Shown: piece by piece, positions 1 through 13,184 of the stretch
Position numbering within the stretch: the first letter of the stretch is position 1
Layout: every line of letters begins with the position of its first letter
Assembly: GCA_976226885.1 (NCBI GenBank)
Contig: OZ320321.1
Span: forward strand, 56,048,001-56,112,000
DNA: 64,000 bases
DNA from: Iphione sp. A-MEVVRFRX5
Taxonomy: Eukaryota
Direction: 5' to 3'
The notes under the pieces: model-generated
What the model was told of the DNA's origin: nothing
The model's input: only the letters and a program-made list of their open reading frames with translations
Databases searched by the model: none
Made by a program: the position numbers and the translations under genes

Positions 1-2678
1 AGCTAAAAAGGAAGGCAGAGACCGGAAAGCACAGAGTGCGACTGAACTGTAGTCAATGACTCCCTTCACAATCAGTCTATTCTTGCGGTCGTTGTCGGGG
101 CCGCGACCGCGGCGGTAGGAGTATTTGCAAGGGTGGGGGTTGGGGGGGATTTGGGGGAGAGAGGGTTGGGGGGGATTTGGGGGAGAGAGGTGTGTCCTAG
201 ACACATGGCTGCAATCTGCTTGTTTCTGAGGTCCTACCACCACCACCAAAGAATCGCGCCGTGGCTTTCATGTTGGTCTTATCAAACGAAACGAAACGGA
301 CCGGCCATGAATGAATAATACAAAAGCTTTGCTTTCCAGGACATCTCCCCCCCCCCCACATTCTCCCTGCATTATTCGCGCGTCTTTGATCACACATCGA
401 AGCCACATTAGGCATATAACATTCAATCGCATTGTCTGTGGGTGCACACGGACACAAATGCCGCGGTATCGTCCTCCTATTGGAATCTAAAAATCATCAA
501 AACCAGGATTGTCTGCTTCCTTCATCACAGGTCGGGTAATGGAACTCACTAGATGGTAGTGTATCTTCTGATACATGAAGGAGTGTAGTTGTCATTCGGT
601 CTTTTGTGAGTCTGAGAGGAGGCGGTGGGGGCCCTTTGCGGACACCCCATGTCTAAACGACTGGTGCCTTCAGCATCTACTTAGACTGCCACTGGCAAAC
701 CGGAAAAGGCGATGACATCAATTTGCAGGCCACAAAGCAGTGACGCCTCCTCAAGCCCTCGGATGTCGGGATCCCGCCGGGAGATGGAGCCGAGGCAACT
801 GCCCGTTTCAACGCGGAATCAACCGTTGCCCACTCGCGCCTTTTACTGGAAGCTGTCACTAAGCGCCCCGGTGCCCAGTGGCGCTGGGACCCAGCGGGGG
901 AAGATTGCATGTGTGCTCCACACCAAATGGGGGCGGGTACCGTGACGATATTCGCCGGAAATGAAAACTACTTTCAATTCGTCCGGCCGCATGACCGGGA
1001 GAAGATCCTTCCTGTTTTGATCGTCGAGCAGGGGCTGCCCCCTTGTTGACCGTCAGTGAAGTAGTGGTCCGTGGTCAGTATTTTTGCAGTTGGTGATATT
1101 GAATGATGTCTGGAAAGCCTCAATGTGATATATAGAAAGTAAAAGCTAAGGAATGGGAAATACTCGAGATAAACACCGCCTCTCTATCCTTTTTGTGGAT
1201 CAGTGAGCACATGACATGAGTTATATAGGACCAGGGGTCAGCAGTTTTACCACACCATACTCAAAATACATGCACTTGCACCTACAAATATACTTTGAGA
1301 GACGTTGTAGGCTGAGGTAGATTGGCATGTGTAGTTAATTCATACTGGCACACACGTCTCATGGACAGGTAGGGATTTCAATTTCACATGAAGTAATCAT
1401 AGGCTCACCATTCGGAATTTGTGCCCTATGCACACAGATAAATCGGCGTGAATGGTCCGATCTGTAGGGATCCGAATGCTCAAATCCCCTCTGCAGTGGT
1501 ACAATAATGATACATCTTTTTGGATTAGCTGCATATATGTAACACCAAAGTCTCTTCATGTCGGATTTAACATTTTCCAAGCTGACTTCACTTACAAATC
1601 ATGTACGTGTTGTTCACTGACCAGTGATTATGCTATACACGGAGAAGTGTTCTCAGCAAGGGCAGGCTAGCTTTGATTGGATTTACAGGTTATGCCATGT
1701 ATCCACGTACGTTGTATGAATTCGATTAAATATGAAATGTTGATGCGTTCGTATATTGTTGCATTGTGTTTAGGCACAGGCTGTGATCTTCTTGCAAATG
1801 ACAGTCTTTGTTTTGTGAGAGGAGGCAGACTAATGAGGCAGTAGTCAGGCTCTCCACCTGGTGCGAGACCTTGATGTACAAGGTGTAACATGCGTCAGTC
1901 CGCAGCAGTTTAGGATTTGACGACCCGCCAGTCGAAGGCCGGTAGGGACGGGGGAGCGAGGAAACCTCAGGCAGCGGGCAAAAGGTCGTTTGTTCAGTTC
2001 GGAATTGGAATTTAGCACTCGGTGCGTGGCTGGCATACAACGGCCAATTCCCTGGTGGTCTAGACTCCTCTGTCTGCATTCTCCGTTTCCAATCAAAATA
2101 TCTCGACATATTAGATGTAGAATCAAAGTTCGGTGCCGTTAAGGTTCGAACTGCAGGGGTCGGGCGGTGACGCAGGGAAGGTCGACCACTTTAGGTAGAT
2201 TTTTTCACCCACTGAAGGAGAAGGCATACATTTCCATTACGAGTTAGAACGGCAGTAGAGAGTAGGCTATGTGTGCATAAATAAGCATCCTTTTACATCG
2301 TAGATGGTGAACTTTCCCCGTCGGGGAAGATATCTGCGCCAATAAAGATAAGAATAGGTAAATACGGCCATAGAAAGCTAACCAACGGTATATAAAAAGT
2401 TGATTAGATGTATCAAAAAAAGGGACCGGGGGAACATACAATTGCGATTAGATCTTCTTCATTGCTGGGATAAGAGCTGGGAACAGGTGGAAAGCAGGCT
2501 TAACCCGGCCTCCGATACGCCTCCTCATTCATATAAATCGGTCCGTCCATCACCGTGTAATGTGTGCACCATGATTATGTAGTATCACTCTTGGCGGTGT
2601 ATTAGAAAAACCGTATAGTAATGTGCGGGGGCGACATAAAAGAGGACTCCCAACTATTAGCGGCAACTGCGGGACACG

Positions 2679-3110
2679 TCATCGGCCAATAATTGTCATT
2701 TTGACCTTTCTGGTGTATGCACGAACCAAGGACCCCACTGCAATGTACGGGCGAGTGTTCTCTTTGTCAGGTCTTTTGGGGGGGCGAACCTTTGTGCGCG
2801 GTACGATGTACACGGAGTCAGTCTGTGGCTGTGGCGCTTCCTGTGACTTGTCGAGTGGCGGAGCGTCGGCTAGCGCCGCCAGTCGAGGCGTCAGCCTGTC
2901 CAGGTATTCAATTACATGCCGGGCAGCGTCCCCACTAACAGTTTGTGACAGGCCACCGAGAGAGGCTGACAATGGTCCATCAAGGCGCCCATGCAAATGT
3001 GGGGCATTTCCTTTCCACATCTGCGGGGGAGTGGGCGCTGTGATGTATGCGGTCACCAAGGCGGCGAGAGGTAGCTCTTCAGGGTCGTGCCTGACTGATG
3101 ACCTTCCATA
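2679..3110 (-). mobile_element. Possible decayed Gypsy-like integrase C-terminal fragment
   Basis: The minus-frame peptide ELPLAALVTAYITAP...PHLHGR...IEYLDRLTPRLAALAD...Q.PQ...Y...IAVGSLV resembles the region after the Ty3/Gypsy integrase core (LP..L.AY...P...GR / EYV..L..RL / Q..Y / VG.LV). No LTR, PPT or DDE core seen. Confidence 0.3.
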
Positions 3111-3125
3111 TCCATCCCATCGTCA

Positions 3126-3153
3126 CCGCCGCCGCCGCCGCCGCCGCCGCCGC
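3126..3153. repeat. (CCG)n microsatellite
   Basis: About 9 perfect CCG units, read directly from the sequence. Confidence 0.95.
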
Positions 3154-5329
3154 ACACTTCCCCGCAATTCATGGACCCTCCCCCACCCCCCGCCCCCGCC
3201 CCCACCTTGTGCTCATCGCAGGCACACGGCCCTACTGTATAATGTAACGTCTTCTAGGAATGTGACACGCAAAGGAAGAGCGCCATCGTGCGGCCAGGGA
3301 TGATGCCTTACCGAGACGGCTGGTCAGAGTGTCATCGGAAGCCAGGCTCCTGGGCCCGTGACGAGCCGGGCTCCCAGTCGCTGATGGTCTGCCGACAGCT
3401 TGCCTTTACGTCCCACGTCTCGTCCGGTGATGGAGTGTGTCCGTTGTATTTTTTTTCTCACCTGATATACAGCCTCTCTGACCTAGAACCAGTCATTATA
3501 TAGCTAAACCTGTTTTTCAGGAGCAGGCTTATTGTAATTGCCTTCATGTTTGATTTACATGTATAGCCTACGGTTAGAGATTCAGGGATTGTCGGATTCA
3601 TTCGCAATTATCTCATCCTTTCAAGTGGGACATAAAACGGGGATATTGGACGGGTTCACTTACTGGCTGTCTCCCACGTGCATGCAATTTGAAAAGCCGT
3701 ACATACTCTGTTATAGATGTATGCATACATATGGTGATTATAGGGTCATGAACATGGATTGCGCACAATCAGAACTGTATCCGCAATGTTCTCATGTACT
3801 ATATAACATCAAATATTGCCATGTGGACAGGCGTCGGTGCTGACTCAAACAGACCTGAATTCCAGTCATGTCCTCACTTTGGTTTATTCATAGTTCACCC
3901 GCTGTTTCAATGGAGATCTGTTTATAATGAGGGGATGTATTTTTGAGAAGTTTGAAGTAGATATTTTGATGTATCTAATTTGTGAGATTCAACATAGATT
4001 TGAATAGGATTAAGTTCATGCATAGAAAACATATTTATTTGTTACGTGCGAATCTAGAGTTCCAATCATTTGAATCAGCAAAGTGCATATGTAAGTGATG
4101 GAATTGTTGATAAGAGTGGGAAAGCTTGTTTCAAAGCCTTTTTGCACCATGTTCTATTTCAACACCGACAATTGAATTATGGTGGTATTTGTATGCATGT
4201 CCACAATATGTTTGGTAAAACCAAGAAAATGAGCGATTACACCCAGAGGGATCTATCCAGACATTGGCACTCGAATATTCATTGAGACTTAAAATATTTA
4301 TTAAATTCTCATCGCCACATGAAACTCCTAGCTATATTTGATGCTTCCATCACGGGTAAGTATTTTGCGTACATTTACTTCTTACACACCTTAATATCGG
4401 CCATGGGGGGGGGGGTCGAGGGTTGGAGGCGGCAGAGGAGGAGACACGAGTTTTTCCTAGCGGCCATGCGCTGCGACCAGTAGCCGATGGATAGGAGCAG
4501 GGCTAACGTTAAACATTCCACCCAGGCGGCGATAAGGAGGACGGGTGGGCCCAGCCTGCCTACGGGGACTGGTGGCCAAGTAGGGCCGAGCTGTCCGCCC
4601 ACCACTTTACGAGTGGCGACAAATAAGTGCAGTCTGCGGACGCATACCAATAGGATCGGGCCTGGGTCCTTGGGCCCAGCACTCTCACTTCACCCTTCAT
4701 CGCCGCACTCGGTTCCCGTGGGCAGGATGTACACAAGTCATTGCTTACTCCAGCATGCCCGATGTTTAATGCATAGTGGCAAGAGGCAGCTGGTGACAAT
4801 CGTCATAAAAGCGGGGCGCCGCATGTGTGGCTCCATCTGTTAACGGCCGCAGCCTGTAGCTCATGTCAACGTCGGCAATCGATGTGTATTTACGTTGAAA
4901 TATGTATGTTTGACGGCATCTGGCGGAATCAGGCACCTATCTGTGAGATGAGTTGATGAAGACGGAGAACTTGAGGTACACATGTATAGCCATAAATGTG
5001 GCTGCATGCATGCCATAAGGGGAGGGGGGAGGGGGGAGGGGGAAGGGGGGCAGGGGGGGAGATACCGCGGCCAGCCGCCGTGAATCCACTGACGCACTGC
5101 TTTCAATAAGAAGAGCAGGAAATCCAGGCGACTCTAGTTAACTGACTGCCTGCTGGGGGCATGTCCAATAAAGTATTATAGGGTAGATGACTTACGGCCT
5201 TCTACCTCGGGGTGGGATCCTGAGGCCAAGGTGCCTGCAACCAGGGTTGCTGCGGCGTAGGAGGGAATCAATGGCGCGAGGGCAGGCGGCTAGGCCACTC
5301 TGAGTCGGCATGAATCGATCCATGCAACT

Positions 5330-5630
5330 GCTACAACCACATTTCGGCCAGTTTGCATGCGTTTACTCATCCGACCTGTGGAGCACTTCAGGGCTACAAT
5401 CAATGTGTCCTTCTTTCCTTCCTCGTGTTTTCCCCCGCCCCCAACACGGGCGCTTCCAGCCTAATCTCAGTGTAAACAGCTTGCCATCAGCGTATTCGAC
5501 ATTTCCTTCATGGCCAGGGGACGAGGCCTCCGCACAAGCAAGGTTTAAATTTCTGATGAATGTCCCGACAACATTTGAAGGGGCCCTTTTAATTCCTGTA
5601 ACCCGGTATCAGAGGCGATAGGTGATAGCC
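5330..5630 (-). mobile_element. Very old CR1-type LINE RT relic (tentative)
   Basis: Minus strand gives GKKDTLIVAL followed by ACAGGTCGGATG (frameshifted DRVWH-like). A degenerate YRPISL-like stretch lies about 225 bp upstream. Heavily degraded. Confidence 0.25.
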
Positions 5631-6012
5631 TGACAGGTTGACGGAGGGTGTCAAAGCAGTCCCATGTCAGCTCAGACAAAATGGATAGATGTCAGGTGAA
5701 ATGTCAGTGCATGTATATATGAAAAAGAAATAATTTGAGCGCATTAAATACTGACCGTCTGGACTTAAATCAGCTGAGAGCGACGGCGGCCATTACAAGA
5801 GGTTTGCAGCTTACGTTGCTCCTGTCAGAATGTAGGCCACTCAGTACGGGGTCCATAGTAATAACGAGTGACCCGATCCCCGTAAGTGCATTGATATTTC
5901 TATATTGCATCGACCCCGGTATCGATGTCGATGCCAACTGTGCAAACGAAGCTTTGAGGCGAATAAATGTGTGACAAATCGACTGAAAGAAGGACAGTAA
6001 GAAATAGAAAGT

Positions 6013-6018
6013 AGAGAC

Positions 6019-6060
<42 letters not shown>

Positions 6061-6076
6061 GCGAGAGAGAGCGAGA
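6013..6076. repeat. (GA)n microsatellite
   Basis: Long GA run, read directly from the sequence. Confidence 0.95.
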
Positions 6077-8968
6077 AGGGGGGCAGGATGAGAGGTAAGG
6101 TGAGAGGTCTAGGAATAATGCTGTGATATACTAGAGGGAATAGACATCATGGAAATTACACTCAGTTTTTAAAAGAATGTGAACAGGTTTCTTTTACCAA
6201 ACTCATGTTTGGGCTAAAAATGCACATCAATAATTTATGGTTACACAGTGGATAGTCAGTGTTGTTAAGTACAGTAGACAATTTTGGGATAGGGCTTTAG
6301 GTGGAAAGGGTTAAAGAGATTAAAGACAGAAAGCCATCCCATAATATATAAAGAGCAAATCATCAGATACACGACATCAGTGCGGACAGGACGAACGCGT
6401 GTTATTCTTTCTTTTCTGTGCAAGGCGTAAATATTGAAAATAGAGACCTCACAGATAACGTAAGTACTAGGGGAGTGTGACTATTTCTTGTCAATTTGGT
6501 CCATATATTTCATGAAGCGAACATTACTACGAAACAAGGACATGCGTATGACTAATACTTCACACATACACTTAAATATCGGTTGTCACTAAGGCAGAGG
6601 ATACAGAGCCCCAGGTATTGCCTTCAAAGCCGTCATCATCAAAGGGGCAGACAGGGAAACGGCCATCTGAGTGCTCAAAGACCCTGCGCTCGTATTCTAA
6701 GCTTAAGTAATAATGGGGCTTCATGTGCAGTCAGCCTTTGTGGGTGACTCTCGGGGTCTTTTAGAAGGAATGCGAACGGAAGCCTATGGCTACAAAAGTA
6801 CAGGCTTTACATTAAATGGAACTGAACACTAAAATCATAGCTAAAGACCAAAGAAAGGGAAAAAAGAGAAAAGAAATCTCTCAGCTCCCCCCAAAAAAAC
6901 ATGGCAGCTGCCTAACGGGTAGTGTGCAACGTGGACGGCTGGGACACGTCAGAATCCTGCCTTGGTGATAGTCTCCTAATTGACTTTTCTATCCGGTAAC
7001 GGCGGTAGCTTCGTCTTGATGCACAACCTTTTGCCTGCCACATTCCATATTCCAACGGCGAGATACGTTGTGCACCCGCAAGACTTTATCAAGCACCCTG
7101 GTGTCGCCCACCGCCCGAGGCCCCAGCGTAGGCTTCCCACCCACCCACCCACACACCCACCCACACACCCGTCCAGCCCTGTCGTCTTGGCCGGTGCGGA
7201 CTGAGTACCTACCGTCCACCAATGGCCGCACCCACATGGTCCTGGCGCTTTGGCCTGGTCGACGGCAAAGGTCGATCCCCCAATTACGACGAGAATCCAG
7301 GGACCGGCCACTCTTGTGGATAAGGCCGACGAACAGAGGAGAGAAGGACGGCACTAGATTAGGGGGTCGGGGTGGGGGGTCGCCTTGCATGCACTAACGG
7401 CGGTACCCTAGAAAAATTGCAATACCCTCCGGAAGCTACAATGTCACATTGGAAATTCAATCCAAGCAAACCACGTACCTTGAGGAATAAGGCACAGTTT
7501 TCTTCAGGAGCAGCGCCACATTAGTGATTCCAAACGACATCCTTTTTTTGAATGCAGTATGCTAGTAATGAACCACATTCTATCTCTTCTTTATTTTATT
7601 TTATTTGTCGACATTAACATAGATTTTGACATTTTTTCCCCGTGAAAGTGACCAGAGCTCACCTGAAAATCATGTTAGCATATTCGATCAGATGTCTGTG
7701 GCAGGAATTTTGGTACAATAAAGAGAGGAAGCCCATCTGGTAATGTTGGCATTGGAAAAGCTCTTCCCGAACGAATACTTTGTTCAGTAGTTTTTTCTTT
7801 ATTGGCTTTCCCTAAATGGAATGCGTCAATGTGCCTGTGTTTTAGGTTGTTTGGGACGACGTGACTGGTGTGACATTCCTGTTCATTTAGCTGTCACCAT
7901 AGTCGGCAGAGTCTGTCCCCCCCACCAAAGAGCAAAAAAATACCAGGCGACCCAACAGCCAGGGTCCATCAATGACTGAACGACGCGCGGGCGGCCAGCA
8001 GCTGCCATTCTAGACCTATGGGCACTGTCGATTGACCGTGTTTAAGACGGTGCCAAAAAGTTATCTCCGTTGCACTTAAGCAGTGTATGGGCCCTAATTG
8101 ACGAAGCCAACTCCCTCAAAAGGGAAGAACATGTTGAAAGAAAAAGATGGGGTGCGTGTGCGTATGTGTGTGTGTGGGATGTGTTGTCTTCTGGAGGCAT
8201 CTTTGTAGGACTCAACACCAAGACGTTATGTAGTACTCTGGTAAGCTGTATTATGTAGAGGGATCTGTATATATACCCAGCCATGAAAACGAATGTATTG
8301 ATACGATTAGCTACTTGTTTCGGACGGTCGTCCAATGTTATATTTGCATCAATAAATGAATTCTGACCACTGAACACCATGTTTCCTTTAGTTTAACAAG
8401 AGGAATGAGATGGATTGGAGATATTAGATTGAGAATTGCATCATATATGAAGTATATGCTCGAGCTGTAAACAGCGCAATTTCAAGAGAATCTATGAAAC
8501 AGTAGAAAAGCAATAATGAAAATCTTTTAGTGTCAGGATCATGGAGTCTGCATACAAACACGATGTCAGTGGTCGCTTGCAGTAATGTAATCCTACAGCT
8601 GTCAGATTTGTGTTCTAACTGTTGCAATAAATTTGGACATTTCCTAAATGAGACAGCAATGAAAACATAGTACGAGTACGTATCGCAGAAACTACCTCGA
8701 ACACTGAATATACTATTGTTGTCAAGCCTCCTGGACTTGGGGGGGGATTGGCGCTGCAATTGTGTTGTGCACATATTCTACGGTTGTAAGTGACAAGTTC
8801 TTTAAATAAAGCCTAAGAGAAATGTTTAAAGAGGTTACCTAAATCATATTTTTTTAATAGGAACCTGTTTTTATTGAAACATGTTGTTAGTTTGACTTTG
8901 TTTATTTCGTATCAACGTTGACAATTCCAGAAGGTTACATTTAAGCAAATGACAGTGATGGCGATACT

Positions 8969-8971
<3 letters not shown>

Positions 8972-9028
<57 letters not shown>

Positions 9029-9034
9029 GACAGA
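8972..9034. repeat. (GA)n-(GACA)n compound microsatellite
   Basis: About 20 AG units followed by GACA units. Confidence 0.95.
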
Positions 9035-10149
9035 GTGGAACTAGGAAGAAGCTCCATGATGATTACTATATTAGCATTGTGATATTTGTGCTTTGATTAA
9101 AATGGTTGGTGAATTGTTCGGTTGATATAGGTTCATCGAACTGAATACGTTAACTAGATCTAAAAGTCAAACTAGCATGAATCACAATACATAAGTTGTG
9201 AGCTTGTGAAGATGAAGCTCTTGAAATGAAGCTAGGTTCCCTTCAATATGACAGCCAAAAGGTAAAAAACCTAATATGAGATACATGTACTTTGTAGAAC
9301 CAAAAACGTTGTCCTTTAAATCAGTCAATAGAATAAAAAAACATAATATTTCATTAAAAAAATGCTATAAATCTAACCTTCTTCGAGAAGCAACACACAA
9401 TATTACTGAAGCGTGTCTTATCACAATGGGAGTCAAAGCTCCAGTCCAAATGCGAGAGTTAGACAATTTGATGGGAATTAATTCAAGAGGGTCAGATTCA
9501 ATCAACGTGGGTCAACTCCCACAGCATCCATTCTTAACCCTCTCGAAAACTGCTGTTGCAGTACCGTTATATTGGAGTGTTAGGAAACAATAATCTCGTT
9601 ACTTTTAATTTAATTGATGATTAGGAACAGGAGTATTAAAATGTACATATATATATGTATATGTAGGTACATGTATAGGACATAGTCATAAACCTGATGA
9701 TTTTCGGGCGGTCCATCGGTAACAATAACGGTTACCATCACCCCGACGAGAATGAGAACCATTAACATTCCACCCCTGAAAATAAACCCCAGTGTTCTTT
9801 AGCAAAAAAAAAACACTCCAAAGATTTGCTATGAGGATGTAGATATCCCAGAAAGGAGATAGATATGGTGGCCTCTGCCTCCGCAGTGTGGTGAATGTGA
9901 AAGTATCGATCAAGACGTATCTAGAGAGATGCCATCCGTCGGCAGGACGGATGGGCTGTGGGCCGGGGGGAAGCAGGCCAGCAGGACGAATAGGGGCTGA
10001 CCGGCGGGCCGCTCGTTCCGCTAGCAACCTATTGCTCAATTGGGGCGGGGGTCCGGGGTGGGGTGGGGAAGGGGGCGTTCTTTGAAGGGGCTGCTTCTAT
10101 AGGGCACGGAGTCAAGGCCGGGCAAAAGGGAAGGGGCCACCTAGTCGAT

Positions 10150-10490
10150 GTGGTTGGAGTCAGGGTTAGTTGGTGCGGCTGGGATCAAGGGGCTTTCGCG
10201 CACAGTGGACTGAACGCAAAGGTCTGAATGAGGGGGGGGTCGGGTGGTGATCTGTTAAAAATGACACCAGCGTTGCTTAGACGAAATAATGCGATTGCAT
10301 CAGCGGCCGACTCAGGCAACGGGAAGTGCGAGTGCAGGGGCGCGGTTACAGCCTCGGCGAGCGGATCCGAGGAGTTTAGAGACAGGATCAAGACGAAACG
10401 GCGGCCGTGGTCGATATTGTCACCTATCTGCTTTCTGGCAAAAGAAAGGAGCTGCATAGATTTGCCGGGAAACAAGAAAGTCTGCCGTCA
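10150..10490 (-). mobile_element. Decayed LINE RT relic (tentative)
   Basis: Minus frame RQTFLFPGKSMQLLSFARKQIGDNIDHGRRFVLILSL parallels the LINE RT segment Q.GF.PG.ST......I...ID.G....I.LD. Downstream motifs are not recognisable. Confidence 0.3.
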
Positions 10491-11927
10491 AGCCACTAAG
10501 CAACAGGCGGATTAAAAAAAGGAATTTACAATATTGACGGAGCAAGAAGGAAGGAGAAATAACAGAACTTTACAAATCCGGAGACCGAACTTTGTCGGGT
10601 ACTAGTGTTAGAGACAGTAAGCAAACACTTGTAGCTGAAGTTACATAATCGTATTTTGCTTAATAACTGTCAGTGGAAAAACGTAATTGTCTATGTCAAA
10701 CACCGATGCATAATATACATCATATATATGCATATATATATATGCTGTATGGCATATGTGTATCTATATTAGATGCTTTTAGAAAGAAGAGGTTGAAGGA
10801 AAAGGACCATGCCAAGTAACACTTAAAAGAGTCCTCTTTTTATGCTCCCAGTAGCACGATGCCAAGGTTGGGACGTAATGAAGCCATATCAATACACTCA
10901 TAGAAGAAATGAAAGAGGAGCTGTTGGTTCTCATCCACAGATTAAAAAGTAGAAATGGCAAAGCATATACATGCATAGTGGATGTATATAAACTCGTAAC
11001 CATATTTAGTTCTGCCCAAGCTGATCCAATATGTGCCGGGGCAGATCCTTTCTAAGGAACTAAATATATGAAACTTCTCAATAGGTGTAGAACATCACTA
11101 CAAATTAAAGTGCTATTTGAAAATTCTGAAGTTGAACTTCATCAATATTAGGAAAGCACAAAGATCTACGTAATTGGCAACAGGTGTGATAGGTGTGATA
11201 GTTTTATAAAGGAAAACAGGCCCTCTATACAGTTCGTTCACATGCCATAAAATATCCAGCATCAAAGAAGGAATCAGCAATGTCTCGGCATCACCAGGTC
11301 AGCAGATCATTCACAATACCTACTACATTGCAATATATTGACAAATACCGTTGATTCTCAAATGACCTTCAAATTCTGAGGCTGAAAACATAATTACACC
11401 TGAAACACGCTTCGATCATGGTTGCGACCAAAGGATATATCAGTATATACAACATTATAACTCCCTTAAGTGATAAGAGGTAAAATTGGACAACCCATTC
11501 GTGATCATCATAATGTTTCCTTGCAACAGGCTTACAAGATCATTGAGATAGAACAGGCAAAGACCGAACTGACATATCTTAGATATGTCGTATTATTTTC
11601 GTTATCCAACTGCCTACTTCTGATCAACATTCAAAAAGTCTACCTCCGTATCTCATGCCATTCACAAACTACCTAGTATAGCCGAGTTCCAAGAAGGAGA
11701 CAAAATGTTAGAAATTGCATCTCTGTCCACGCAGATATTCAAAATTTTACGACTCTCCTTGCCATCTGCCTTGACGAGATGGAATGATGCATTCTGATGA
11801 CTTTTGCCAGCTGAATGACAAGCAGGTTGCCATGCTGTTTTGAAATCATACACATGTATATGTTTTACTCTAATGGGTGTAATAGAAATGCATTACATCA
11901 CACGTTCATCCTTAGATCAGGGGACTT

Positions 11928-12916
11928 CCCAGCCAACACAGAAATGTTGTAAAAATGTTCTAAAACGTTGTAAAAATTGTTAAAATGTTGTAAATGAAAA
12001 TTTGAATAATGTTCTCCTAACCAGATAAAAAATACATTTTTGAATAACTTTCTTAGAACTTTAAAAAATGTGAGACTGTGAGGTCTGGGCTTGGGAAGGG
12101 TTTGAACCTGGTTCTTTAGTATGAGCTGTCTCTCCATACATCGCCTATGTCAAGGCTGGTGCTCCTATCCACTGGGCTACTTCGTCCTTGGCTATCCTCC
12201 TGCAGCTCCTAAACGTTCTCACACCTTTTCAGGTGCTCTCGCAGCCTTGGTCATCCCCCTGTCAATCTTAGAAGGACCCACACCTCCTCCAGTGTTACCC
12301 TCAAACCCTAGAGGTTGCTACACCTCTCATGTGGCTCTTAGAAGGTTCCATACCCCCCAGTCGTCTTTAGAATTCCCAACACCTCTCCAGGTGTGCCTTC
12401 CCATCCTTAGGCGTACCCCTATTGCCATTAGAAGTCCCAACACCTCTACATGTGTTACTCCCGTCCTTGGCCCTCCTCAAGTAGCACTTGGGAGTCCCCA
12501 CATTTCATCAGGTGCTCCCCCGGCCTTGACTGTCCTCCTGTTGCTCCTAGAAGTCATTACACCTTGTCAGGTGCTCCCACAGCCTTGGTCATCTCCCTCT
12601 CGCTCTTAGAAGGTCCCACAAATCCTTCAGTGTTACCCTCATCCATGCCTTTCCCCCTGTCACTTTGCATCAATAGAAAAATGTGAGAAGTGCACATAAT
12701 TATTTCAACAGTAATTTATCTCAACTTAGACAATTACACAAAAATACAGTGAAAACATCTAGAATACAAAGAAAACGAAGACACAAACGATATAGTACTG
12801 CTGTTTTTTTGTTAAATGCTACAAAAAAGTTCCTAAAATGTTATACAGTGGTTGCAAATGTTATAACCAAATGGTAACATTTTAAAACAATTTTAAAACG
12901 TTGTGTGCTGACTAGG
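11928..12916. mobile_element. Non-autonomous TIR element (CMC/EnSpm-like) carrying an internal minisatellite
   Basis: Left end CCCAGCCAACACAGAAATGTTGTAAAAATGTT (11928-11959) matches the reverse complement of the right end, CCTAGTCAGCACACAACGTTTTAAAATTGTT (12886-12916), at 24/32. TT flanks both ends, consistent with a 2-bp TSD. Both subterminal regions carry AAAATGTT/AAAACGTT repeats. Superfamily call is inference. Confidence 0.6.
12121..12660. repeat. Degenerate ~59-60-bp minisatellite with a 338-bp higher-order repeat
   Basis: A TAGAAG..C.CACACCT-like motif recurs at 12210, 12269, 12309, 12339, 12368, 12429, 12489, 12548 and 12607. Segments 12205-12303 and 12543-12641 align without gaps at about 84%. 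Confidence 0.85.
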
Positions 12917-13184
12917 TTGCTTCCATGTGAAAAACATCTTGACGTGCTAATAAAATAAATTGGTTTTTGAATAAAATATTTGTGAATTCCTGACTCGCTG
13001 TTTTTGATGAATTCGTGGAAATCATTTACTCTCGGTGTTTGGTGTTAAATAAATCATATATAATATGTATTATATATATATTGTGGTCCACAACTCATAA
13101 AAGGCCTAGGTGTATAGGATTTTGTCCCATATGGCCAAAAAGACCCCAGAAACCTATTCAAAGTAAGAGTAGGGGCAACCAGTG

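Noticed and set aside
2623-3303. 226-aa plus-strand ORF
   Set aside because: Driven by GC-rich and (CCG)n/poly-C low complexity; no domain recognised.
11571-11589. Perfect 9-bp palindrome GACATATCT-T-AGATATGTC
   Set aside because: A single isolated palindrome, plausible by chance or local inversion in 64 kb.
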